From an uncultured Clostridium sp. (GTDB lineage: Bacteria > Bacillota > Clostridia > Clostridiales > Clostridiaceae), in assembly GCF_947036855.1 (NCBI RefSeq), contig NZ_CAMQRY010000003.1, forward strand, positions 1,315-65,314: 64,000 nt of DNA. Reading direction: 5' to 3'. The position numbers and the translations under genes are program-made. How positions within the stretch are numbered: position 1 is the first letter of the stretch; each line of letters opens with the position of its first letter. Shown one piece after another: positions 53,488 through 61,914 of the stretch. The notes under the pieces were generated by a model that searched no databases, was not told the origin of the DNA, and saw only the letters and a list, made by a program, of their open reading frames with translations.

Positions 53488-53706
53488 TTTTTAATAGGTG
53501 TTTTTTAGTGTTTGTTAATTAAATGTTTAGAATATTAAATGTATTTTAAAATATAATAGGTAAAAAATGGGTTGAAGTTTAAGTTTAGGTTAAGAAGTCT
53601 TAAAAGCTATTAACAAAGGGGGGAGGATAGGTTAAAATTAAAATTGTGAGAACGGGAATAATTAAAATTTTAATAAATATTAAATTAGTGAAGGAGCGAT
53701 TTAACT

Positions 53707-55323
53707 TTGAAAGATGTGTTTTTTACGGCAATTGAATTATTAGGGGGACTTGGTCTTTTCTTATATGGAATGAAGATAATGGGAGAAGGTTTAGAGAATT
53801 CAGCAGGAGATAAACTTAAGGGAATTCTTGAAAAAGTTACAAAAAATAGATTTATCGGAGTTATAGTTGGAGCTGTGGTTACTGCTATAGTTCAAAGTTC
53901 ATCAGCTACTACTGTTATGGTTGTAGGATTTGTTAATGCAGGTCTTATGAATCTTATACAGGCAGCAGGAGTTATCATGGGAGCTAATATAGGGACAACT
54001 ATTACAGCTCAACTTGTAGCATTTAAGCTTACAGATTATGCACCAATGTTTGTAGCTATCGGAGCAATAGTTGTTATTGCAGCTAAAGCTAAGAAGAGAA
54101 AAGAAATTGGAAATATAATTTTAGGATTTGGTCTTTTATTTATGGGAATGTCAGCAATGAGTGCGGCAATGAAGCCTCTTGCAAATTCACCAGTATTTGA
54201 GCAAATGGTTATGGCTATTGGAGATAATACTCTTATCGGAATTGTAGTTGGACTTGCTATGACAGCAGTTTTACAAAGTTCATCAGCAACAACAGGAATA
54301 CTAATCTCTCTTGCTACGGCAGGGGCAATTAATATCGAAGCAGCACTTCCAATATTATTTGGATGTAATATAGGTACTTGTGTAACAGCATTACTTGCTT
54401 GTATAGGTACAACAATCAATGCTAGAAAAGCAGCGATTTTACATTTATTATTTAATGTAGTTGGAACATTAATATTCTTACCATTTATAAGTATTCTTGG
54501 TAAGGTAGTTCAACAAATGAGCCCAGATATGGTTGCTAGACAAGTCGCCAATGCACATACTATATTTAATATAGGTGCAACAATTATTATCTTCCCATTC
54601 ATGGGACTTCTAATTAAGTTTGTTAATAAGCTAATTAAAGGTGAAGATGATATTGAAAGGGTAGGACCAAAGTTTATTGATGATAAAATTCTTGAAACAC
54701 CTGTTATTGCAGCTGGTCAAGTTATTAAAGAAACAATAAGAATGGCTAATAAAGCTAGAAAAAATTTAGAACTTAGTAAAGAAGCTTTTGATAGAAAAGA
54801 TGAGAAGTTAGTTAAAAAGGTTTATGAAAATGAAGAGAGTATAAATGTTTTAGAAGAAGCTATAACATCATATTTAGTTAAGTTATCAAAAAGAGATTTA
54901 TCAAATAGAGAGAGAAATATAGTAGCAGCTACTTTCCATATCGTAACTGATATTGAGAGGATTGGAGATCATGCTGAGAATATAGCAGAGCTTGCACTTC
55001 TTAGAAGTGTTAAAAATCTTAACTATTCAGCAGATGCAATTAAAGAACTTGATAGTATGTATGCAGACACAATTAGTGCACTTGAAACATCTATTAAGGC
55101 TTACGAAGAGAGAGATATTCAAAAGGCTGAGGCTGTATACCATATAGAACACAGAATAGATTCACAGCAAAAAGAATATAGATATAATCATATTGGAAGA
55201 CTTAACGATGGTAAGTGTAATGCATATGAGGGAGCGATATTCATGGATCTTTTAAGTAATCTTGAAAGAATAGGAGATCATGCTACAAACATAGCGGATA
55301 GTGTTATTCAAAATAATAAGTAA
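53707..55323 (+). CDS. Na+/phosphate cotransporter family protein with C-terminal PhoU-like repeats
   Basis: TTG start 10 nt after GAAGGAG. Duplicated QSSSATT transporter motif. Two PhoU-type ERIGDHA repeats lie in the cytoplasmic tail. Confidence 0.85.
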   Translation: MKDVFFTAIELLGGLGLFLYGMKIMGEGLENSAGDKLKGILEKVTKNRFIGVIVGAVVTAIVQSSSATTVMVVGFVNAGLMNLIQAAGVIMGANIGTTITAQLVAFKLTDYAPMFVAIGAIVVIAAKAKKRKEIGNIILGFGLLFMGMSAMSAAMKPLANSPVFEQMVMAIGDNTLIGIVVGLAMTAVLQSSSATTGILISLATAGAINIEAALPILFGCNIGTCVTALLACIGTTINARKAAILHLLFNVVGTLIFLPFISILGKVVQQMSPDMVARQVANAHTIFNIGATIIIFPFMGLLIKFVNKLIKGEDDIERVGPKFIDDKILETPVIAAGQVIKETIRMANKARKNLELSKEAFDRKDEKLVKKVYENEESINVLEEAITSYLVKLSKRDLSNRERNIVAATFHIVTDIERIGDHAENIAELALLRSVKNLNYSADAIKELDSMYADTISALETSIKAYEERDIQKAEAVYHIEHRIDSQQKEYRYNHIGRLNDGKCNAYEGAIFMDLLSNLERIGDHATNIADSVIQNNK

Positions 55324-55327
55324 TTTT

Positions 55328-55358
55328 AAGGAGTGCTAAATAGCACTCCTTTTTCTTT
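55328..55358 (+). terminator. rho-independent terminator
   Basis: AAGGAGTGCTA-aa-TAGCACTCCTT followed by a T-run. Confidence 0.9.
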
Positions 55359-55417
55359 TAATAAAGTTAGATTTAAAAGGAGATACTAGAAATGAAATAA
55401 TTTTATTGGAGGTTTTT

Positions 55418-56101
55418 ATGAAGAAAAAAATTACTTTAAGTTTAATAGGAGTTTTTTGTTTTCTATTTTTTATGAGTAAGATAGCATATGCTAGTGAGAA
55501 AGTTATACTAATAGATCCAGGTCATGGTGGGATTGATGGTGGAGCTGTATCAAGTAGCGGAGTTATTGAGAAGGATGTTAATTTAAGTATAGGATTAAAA
55601 TTAAAAGAAGTTTTAGAAGATGGGGGCTATAAGGTTTATATGACTAGAGATGAAGATAAGGGGCTTTATACAGAGGGGAAAACAATTAGGGAAAAGAAGA
55701 GGGAAGATTTAGCTAGTAGAGTTAAGCTTAAAAATAGTACGGATGCAGATATTTTTATAAGTATTCATCAAAATACATTTCCGGAAGCAAAGTATAAAGG
55801 GATGCAAGTTTGGTATGCACAAAATAGTCCAGATAGTAAAGCACTTGCAGATTTGATGCAAGCAAGCTTTAAGGAGAGTTTAGATAGTAGCAATGTAAGA
55901 ATGCCTAAAGATGCAGGAACACAGTTTAGGGTTATTAGAAATCCATCTAAGGCGGCTTCTGTTATTGTAGAATGTGGTTTTTTATCTAATCCAGATGAAT
56001 GTGTATTGCTTGTAGATGAAAGTTACCAAAAAGATTTTGCTGATATTCTTAAAATTTCAGTTGATAATTTTTATGAAATGAAAAATAGAGTAGAAAATTA
56101 A
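55418..56101 (+). CDS. cwlD: N-acetylmuramoyl-L-alanine amidase CwlD (spore cortex muramic-lactam formation)
   Basis: ATG 55418 follows GGAGG. Signal anchor and Amidase_3 motifs (IDPGHGGIDGGA, ISIHQN, ECGFLSN). It lies downstream of rpsI, as in Bacillus. Confidence 0.8.
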   Translation: MKKKITLSLIGVFCFLFFMSKIAYASEKVILIDPGHGGIDGGAVSSSGVIEKDVNLSIGLKLKEVLEDGGYKVYMTRDEDKGLYTEGKTIREKKREDLASRVKLKNSTDADIFISIHQNTFPEAKYKGMQVWYAQNSPDSKALADLMQASFKESLDSSNVRMPKDAGTQFRVIRNPSKAASVIVECGFLSNPDECVLLVDESYQKDFADILKISVDNFYEMKNRVEN

Positions 56102-56107
56102 GTAATG

Positions 56108-56144
56108 AAATCATAGTATGAGAAAGTTATACTATGATTTTTTA
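56108..56144 (+). terminator. rho-independent terminator after cwlD
   Basis: AAATCATAGTAT-gagaaagtt-ATACTATGATTT followed by further T residues. Confidence 0.9.
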
Positions 56145-56227
56145 TTATGATAAAAGTAAAAGAATGGTTAACAGTAATTGGTAAAAGGTATATAATTATT
56201 TTAGATTATTTAGGGTGGTGTTTATAA

Positions 56228-57070
56228 ATGAGAGAAGTTAATGTTAGGGAAATAGAAGATGCAGTAAAAAAACTTGCATTAGAGACTAGTGTATTTTTAC
56301 CGAAGGATGTAAAGGATAGTATTAGTTTTGCTAAAAAAAAAGAAACTTCTGTTTTAGCAAAAAAAATTTTAGAGAGTATTGAAGAAAATTATAGAATTGC
56401 AGAAAGTGAAAATAAGCCACTTTGTCAGGATACTGGAATGGCTTGTTTATTTTTAGAAATAGGGCAAGATGTACATTTTATTGGTGGTAGCTTAGAAGAG
56501 GCAATTAATATGGGTGTTATAAAGGCTTATGAAGAAGGTTATCTTAGGAAATCAGTAGTAGAAGACCCTCTTAGAAGGGTTAATACAAGGAATAATGCCC
56601 CAGCTATTATAGATTATAAAATAGTTGATGGTGATAAGGTTAAGATAGTTTTTGGAGCTAAAGGATTTGGGTCTGAAAATATGAGCAGAATTAAAATGTT
56701 AAAACCATCTGATGGAGTTTTAGGGGTTAAAGAGTTTATATTAGAAACAATAGAACTTGCAGGTGGAAACCCTTGTCCTCCAATTGTTGTTGGAGTTGGA
56801 ATTGGTGGGAATTTTGATAGGGTCGCATACCTTGCTAAAAAAGCTCTTATGAGAGATTTTAGTGTTAGAAACTCTGATGTTTTTTATAAAGAACTTGAAG
56901 AAGAAATGCTTGAGAAAATAAATAAACTTGGGATTGGACCACAAGGTTTTGGTGGGAAAACAACAGCTTTATGCGTGAATATAGAAACTTTTCCAACTCA
57001 TATAGCAGGACTTCCTGTTGCTGTTAATATAAATTGTCATTCTACAAGACATAAAGAAATTATTTTATAG
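56228..57070 (+). CDS. Fe-S type (class I) fumarate/tartrate hydro-lyase, alpha subunit
   Basis: 280 aa with the CQDTGM cluster-ligand motif. Paired with the beta subunit gene. Confidence 0.85.
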   Translation: MREVNVREIEDAVKKLALETSVFLPKDVKDSISFAKKKETSVLAKKILESIEENYRIAESENKPLCQDTGMACLFLEIGQDVHFIGGSLEEAINMGVIKAYEEGYLRKSVVEDPLRRVNTRNNAPAIIDYKIVDGDKVKIVFGAKGFGSENMSRIKMLKPSDGVLGVKEFILETIELAGGNPCPPIVVGVGIGGNFDRVAYLAKKALMRDFSVRNSDVFYKELEEEMLEKINKLGIGPQGFGGKTTALCVNIETFPTHIAGLPVAVNINCHSTRHKEIIL

Positions 57071-57084
57071 GAGAGGTTTTAAAT

Positions 57085-57636
57085 ATGAGAGAGATTATGT
57101 TACCTCTTAAAGAAGAGGATATTAGAGAATTAAAAATTGGTGAGAGTGTTTTATTAAGTGGAATTATGTATACAGGTAGAGATGCAGCTCATAAAAGAAT
57201 TGTTGAGAGTATAGATAAAAAAGAAGAGTTGCCATTTGATATTAAAGGACAGACTATCTATTATGTTGGACCTACTCCAAATAAAGAAGGCGAAGTTATA
57301 GGGTCTGCTGGTCCAACAACAAGTTATAGGATGGATTCATATACTCCTATTTTGCTTGATTTAGGTCTTAAAGGTATGATTGGTAAAGGGAGTAGAAGTA
57401 AAGATATTATAGAAGCTATGGTTAGAAATAAGTGTATATATTTTGCTGCTATTGGAGGAGCTGGAGCACTTATTAGTAAAAGTATAATAAGTTCTAAGAT
57501 TATAGCATATGAAGATTTAGGAGCTGAAGCAGTAAGGAGAATAGAAGTGAAGAAATTCCCTGTAATTGTAGCTATAGATTCTACTGGGGAAGATTTATAT
57601 AAAGTTGGGAGAGAAAAATATTTAGTAAGCAAATAA
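57085..57636 (+). CDS. Fe-S type (class I) fumarate/tartrate hydro-lyase, beta subunit
   Basis: 183 aa with GIMYTGRDAAHKR and GPTTSYRMD motifs. Confidence 0.85.
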   Translation: MREIMLPLKEEDIRELKIGESVLLSGIMYTGRDAAHKRIVESIDKKEELPFDIKGQTIYYVGPTPNKEGEVIGSAGPTTSYRMDSYTPILLDLGLKGMIGKGSRSKDIIEAMVRNKCIYFAAIGGAGALISKSIISSKIIAYEDLGAEAVRRIEVKKFPVIVAIDSTGEDLYKVGREKYLVSK

Positions 57637-57712
57637 TGAAAGTTTTTTAAAAAAGGCTTTGCTAGTAACATTAATATATAAGCAGTATAAATATTTTGCT
57701 TATAAAATAAAC

Positions 57713-57746
57713 AAAAGGATGTTCACCAAGTGGTGGACATCCTTTT
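57713..57746. terminator. bidirectional terminator between convergent genes
   Basis: AAAAGGATGT-...-ACATCCTTTT, flanked by A- and T-runs on the two strands. Confidence 0.85.
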
Positions 57747-57748
57747 AT

Positions 57749-58609
57749 TTATGCAACCATACTTTCAAATCCACGACCTTTAACTTCATTAACAGATATT
57801 ATTGTTATAAAAGCTGTTGGGTCAATTTCTAAAATAGTTGTTTTTAAAGATATCATTTGTCTTGTTGTTACAAGGCAATATAGCATTTTTCCATGTTTAT
57901 GTGAGTATTCACCATTTGCTTCAAGTGAAGTTACTCCTCTGTTCATTTTAACTATTATATGGTCTATTACTTCTTGTTCTTTTTGAGTTATTATTAGAAG
58001 TAATTTTTTTGAGTTAAGACCATTAATAACTTTGTCGATAACTATACCTTGAGTAAACATACAAATTAAAGTATACAGAGCTATTGATAATCCAAAATAG
58101 AATGAAGCTACTGTAACAATAATAAAGTTTAGAGCAAGTCCGACTTTACCTATGTTTAAATTAGAATATTTTTTCTTAATTGCCATAGTTATTATGTCAG
58201 TTCCACCTGTTGAACCACTTCTTGAAAAGACTAGTCCATAACCTATTCCACAAAGAACACCACCATAGATACATAAAACAAGCGGATCGCTTATATTAAG
58301 GTTTATATGTATGTTTGCTGTAAGCATAAGTGAAAATGATAAAGCTAAAGTTCCAATTATTGAATAGATAGTAAATCTTTTATCTAGCTTAAGATAGCTT
58401 AATAAAAATAAAGGTATATTGATAATTAGAACTATTATTCCTGCATTTATACCAAATAAATATTGGAATATAAGCCCGATTCCTGTAGCACCACCACTTA
58501 GAAGCTTTGCATCTGTTAGGAATATATTTACTCCTGAAGAAGCAATTATGCAACCAGCTATGATTACTGATATGTCGATAATTGTCGTTTTTTTACTCAG
58601 ATTAGTCAT
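57749..58609 (-). CDS. YitT-family membrane protein (DUF2179 C-terminal domain)
   Basis: The start is ATG 58609 (MTNLSKK), 11 nt after AGGAG. Multiple TM helices and the GGTGG/GSTGGTD motifs typical of YitT. Confidence 0.8.
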   Translation of the reverse strand: MTNLSKKTTIIDISVIIAGCIIASSGVNIFLTDAKLLSGGATGIGLIFQYLFGINAGIIVLIINIPLFLLSYLKLDKRFTIYSIIGTLALSFSLMLTANIHINLNISDPLVLCIYGGVLCGIGYGLVFSRSGSTGGTDIITMAIKKKYSNLNIGKVGLALNFIIVTVASFYFGLSIALYTLICMFTQGIVIDKVINGLNSKKLLLIITQKEQEVIDHIIVKMNRGVTSLEANGEYSHKHGKMLYCLVTTRQMISLKTTILEIDPTAFITIISVNEVKGRGFESMVA

Positions 58610-58771
58610 AATAAAATAATCTCCTATGTATATAATCATTTAATAGTATAAAGGATTTTGAAAAATAAACCATCTTTATATATCTATGTATTTCTGCAAA
58701 ATATTAGGATATAGGATTTTAGCACATATTAACTCCATTTTCCTTAAAATTATTCTGATTTGCTACATGAA

Positions 58772-58804
58772 TTAATTTAAATTTAATAATTAGTTAATTT
58801 AAAT
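58772..58804 (+). repeat. two perfect 11-nt direct repeats (TTAATTTAAAT) 22 bp apart, upstream of the response regulator gene
   Basis: Copies at 58772-58782 and 58794-58804, which lie 60-90 nt upstream of ATG 58864. Confidence 0.6.
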
Positions 58805-58863
58805 ATGTTAATATTTTCAATATGAGATATTTTAATTAACTAAAAAAGGTTTAAGGGGGATAT

Positions 58864-59559
58864 ATGAATAAATTTACGGTACTGGTTGCAGATGATGAAA
58901 AAGAAATTAGAGATGCGGTAGATATATATTTAAGAAGTGAAGGCTTTAAAGTTATAAAAGCTAAAGATGGACAAGAAGCTATTGAGTTGCTAGAAACAGA
59001 ACCAATTCATTTAGTTATTTTAGATGTTATGATGCCAAGAATGGATGGAATTAATGCATGTATGAAAATTAGAGAGGAAAAAAATATTCCTATTATTATG
59101 ATTTCAGCAAAATCAGAAGATAGGGATAAAATACTTGGTTTAAATATTGGTGCAGATGATTATGTTACAAAGCCATTTAATCACTTAGAATTAGTTGCAA
59201 GAGTTAAGTCACAACTAAGAAGATATGAAAAGCCACTTGATGTAGAAACATCTTCTCAAAAAATTAAGATTAAAGATTTAACTATTGATACAGTTAATAA
59301 AAGTGTAGTTTTAAGGGATGAAGAAATAAGACTTACAGCAACTGAATATAAGATTTTAGTTTTACTTGCTTCAAATACTGGGAGGATTTTTTCAATTAAA
59401 GAAATTTATGAAAAAGTTTGGAAAGAAGTTTTCTATAAAAGTGAAAACACAGTTACGGTTCATATAAGAAGAATGAGAGAAAAAATAGAAGTTAACTCAA
59501 AGAACCCAGAGTATATAAAGGTGGTGTGGGGAATTGGGTACAAAATGGACAGAGAATAA
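58864..59559 (+). CDS. OmpR/PhoB-family response regulator
   Basis: Receiver domain (VADDEKEIR...ILDVMMP) plus a winged-helix output domain (TVTVHIRRMREKIE...VWGIGYK). Confidence 0.92.
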   Translation: MNKFTVLVADDEKEIRDAVDIYLRSEGFKVIKAKDGQEAIELLETEPIHLVILDVMMPRMDGINACMKIREEKNIPIIMISAKSEDRDKILGLNIGADDYVTKPFNHLELVARVKSQLRRYEKPLDVETSSQKIKIKDLTIDTVNKSVVLRDEEIRLTATEYKILVLLASNTGRIFSIKEIYEKVWKEVFYKSENTVTVHIRRMREKIEVNSKNPEYIKVVWGIGYKMDRE

Positions 59560-61342
59560 AAGTAGTCTGGGTATAGTTAATAAATGGTTTAACAATTATA
59601 AGTTAAAGGTAAGGTCAACAGAGAACTTTATATGCTTATGTTTACTTATAGCAATTCCATTTTTTATAACTATTTTTTCAGGTAATATGATAATTAATGA
59701 TGAGAAGATACCGTATAAGTTAGCTATCTTAGATAAAGAAACATATATGACTGAGAGATTAAATGCACAGGCAAAAGAAATTGAAGGACAAGTTACTAAA
59801 AAATTACCTGTGCTTGAAAAATTTCGTGAAGTAGAAAAATTTAATGATGATGAGGATAAAATACTTGAAGATATTCAAGGGGTTGGTGATATTGGAGTTA
59901 TTATTTTTGATACTAAAAAGAAAGTTGTCTATTCAAATAAATCTTGGATTAAGGACCTTTTAGTTCCTTTCAAAAGTTCAAAAGAGATTCTTGATGCTTT
60001 AGGAGAAGAAAAGGAAGAAAATATTTTTGCAAGAATGGCATATGATAATGCAAATAATGTTAAATCTAGTAATGGTTTTGAAAAAATTTATTTTACACCA
60101 TCTAAGATATATGAAAGTGAAATTAGAGCAATTGATATGGTCGCAGTTTTAAGTGGTATATGTATTTTAATAATAATAATTATACTTTCTAAAAAAATTA
60201 TGATGTTTAAAAATATGGGACTTAAATTATATAGAGATAGTTTGAGGTGGGGATATCTTAGTAAAATAAAAAATGCTGTATATACATTACTTAAAAGAAA
60301 TATTATGTTTGATGAAGTTTTAAAAGATAGTGTTGTCTGGATTATTATAGGATTTGGAGTACTTGCTTTAGCTTTAATATTTGTTTTTGAAAGTATAGCT
60401 TTAGATAATATGATTAGGATAGAAGTACAAATGCTTAAATTATTAGTTATTTTTGCTATTCCAGCAGCTTTGCTTTTACATTTTGTAATAAAAATTCTTT
60501 ATAGATATGAAGGGATAGAGTTTGTTACAACAAATCTTAAGTCTATTGAAATGGGGAATTTTGATATTGAGGTAAGGTTTGATGATGACCATCAAATAAG
60601 AAAGCTTAGTAAGGGGATAAATGATATAAGAATAGGTTATAAGACAGCTATTGAAGAGGGACTAACTTCTGAAAAAATGAAAACTGAACTTATATCAAAT
60701 GTTTCACATGATTTAAAAACTCCTCTAACTTCTATAATAAATTATGTTAATATAATTCAAAGAGAAGATATTACTGAAGATGAGAGAGCGGCTTATATTG
60801 ATATTTTAGATGAAAAGTCTACAAGACTTAAAGATTTAATTGAAGATTTATTTGAAGTTTCTAAAATGAATTCAGGTAAGATAACTCTTGATAAGCATGA
60901 TATTGATATAGTTCAACTTCTGCATCAATGTATTGCAGAGCTTGATGACTATAATACAGAAAAAAACATGGAGTTTAAGATTAAGGGGATAGAAGAAGGA
61001 ATTATTCAGATGGATGGTATGAGAATGTCTAGAGTATTCCAAAATCTTGGTACGAACGCTTTAAAATATGGGCTTGATAATACAAGAGTTTATATAAATG
61101 TTCAGGATATTGGTAGTGATATCCTTATATCATTTAAAAATATATCTGAATATGAGCTTGATTTTGATTCAGATGATATTGTTGAAAGATTTTATCGTGG
61201 TGATAAATCAAGAAATTCTGGTGTTGAGGGTTCAGGTCTTGGTCTTGCAATAACAAAGAGTATTGTAGAACTCCATGAAGGTGTATTTAAAGTAGAGTGT
61301 GAAGGTGATTTATTTAAGGCATATGTTAAAATCCCTAAATAA
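59534..61342 (+). CDS. sensor histidine kinase (about 150-aa extracytoplasmic loop, extra TM helices, HAMP, HisKA, HATPase_c)
   Basis: H-box SHDLKTPLTSI, N-box NALKY and G-box GSGLGLAI. The TTG start overlapping the regulator gene is uncertain. Confidence 0.88.
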   Translation: MGTKWTENKSSLGIVNKWFNNYKLKVRSTENFICLCLLIAIPFFITIFSGNMIINDEKIPYKLAILDKETYMTERLNAQAKEIEGQVTKKLPVLEKFREVEKFNDDEDKILEDIQGVGDIGVIIFDTKKKVVYSNKSWIKDLLVPFKSSKEILDALGEEKEENIFARMAYDNANNVKSSNGFEKIYFTPSKIYESEIRAIDMVAVLSGICILIIIIILSKKIMMFKNMGLKLYRDSLRWGYLSKIKNAVYTLLKRNIMFDEVLKDSVVWIIIGFGVLALALIFVFESIALDNMIRIEVQMLKLLVIFAIPAALLLHFVIKILYRYEGIEFVTTNLKSIEMGNFDIEVRFDDDHQIRKLSKGINDIRIGYKTAIEEGLTSEKMKTELISNVSHDLKTPLTSIINYVNIIQREDITEDERAAYIDILDEKSTRLKDLIEDLFEVSKMNSGKITLDKHDIDIVQLLHQCIAELDDYNTEKNMEFKIKGIEEGIIQMDGMRMSRVFQNLGTNALKYGLDNTRVYINVQDIGSDILISFKNISEYELDFDSDDIVERFYRGDKSRNSGVEGSGLGLAITKSIVELHEGVFKVECEGDLFKAYVKIPK

Positions 61343-61410
61343 TATAAAATACTTGTAGGTAGAAATAGTATATTATATAATAACGAGTATTAAAGTAAAG
61401 GAGTGTTTAT

Positions 61411-61770
61411 ATGAAAACATTATTTTTAGAGTATCCAAAATGTACTACTTGTAAGAAAGCTAAAAAATGGCTTGAAGAAAATGGAATAGATTTTGAAGAT
61501 AGACATATAGTTGAAAATAATCCGACTAAAGAAGAGTTAAAAGTATTTTTTGAGAAAAGTGGATTAACTATAAATAAATTCTTTAATACATCAGGAATTA
61601 GATACAGAGAACTTGGACTTAAGGATGTTGTTAAATCAGCACCACTTGATGAACTGTTAGAAATTTTATCAACTGAAGGAATGCTTGTAAAAAGACCTTT
61701 AGTTGTTTTAGATGATAAGGTTCTTGTAGGATTTAAAGAAGAACAATGGAAAGAAGCTTTTAATAAATAG
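61411..61770 (+). CDS. ArsC/Spx/YffB-family thioredoxin-fold protein
   Basis: 119 aa with an N-terminal CTTC motif in the context YPKCTTCKKAKKWLEENGIDFE. Confidence 0.75.
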   Translation: MKTLFLEYPKCTTCKKAKKWLEENGIDFEDRHIVENNPTKEELKVFFEKSGLTINKFFNTSGIRYRELGLKDVVKSAPLDELLEILSTEGMLVKRPLVVLDDKVLVGFKEEQWKEAFNK

Positions 61771-61776
61771 TAGAAA

Positions 61777-61814
61777 ATTGTATCTTAGTGTAAAACTAAG
61801 GTGCAATTTTTTTA
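61777..61814 (+). terminator. rho-independent terminator
   Basis: ATTGTATCTTAGT-gtaaa-ACTAAGGTGCAAT (with G-U pairs) followed by T7. Confidence 0.85.
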
Positions 61815-61914
61815 TTTTTAAGAAGTTATCACTTTTTAACAGTTTTATAAATATAAATAAGTAGGGAGATTTTATTTAAATATAACACTTTTATAAGGGG
61901 TGAAGTTTTAGAAG

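Noticed and set aside
53617-53628. Orphan strong SD-like AAGGGGGGAGGA in the leader of the Na/Pi cotransporter gene
   Set aside because: No start codon lies at a workable distance. The nearest GTG is about 21 nt away and opens only a 28-codon frame. It is probably fortuitous or part of an uncharacterised leader, and the evidence is insufficient.
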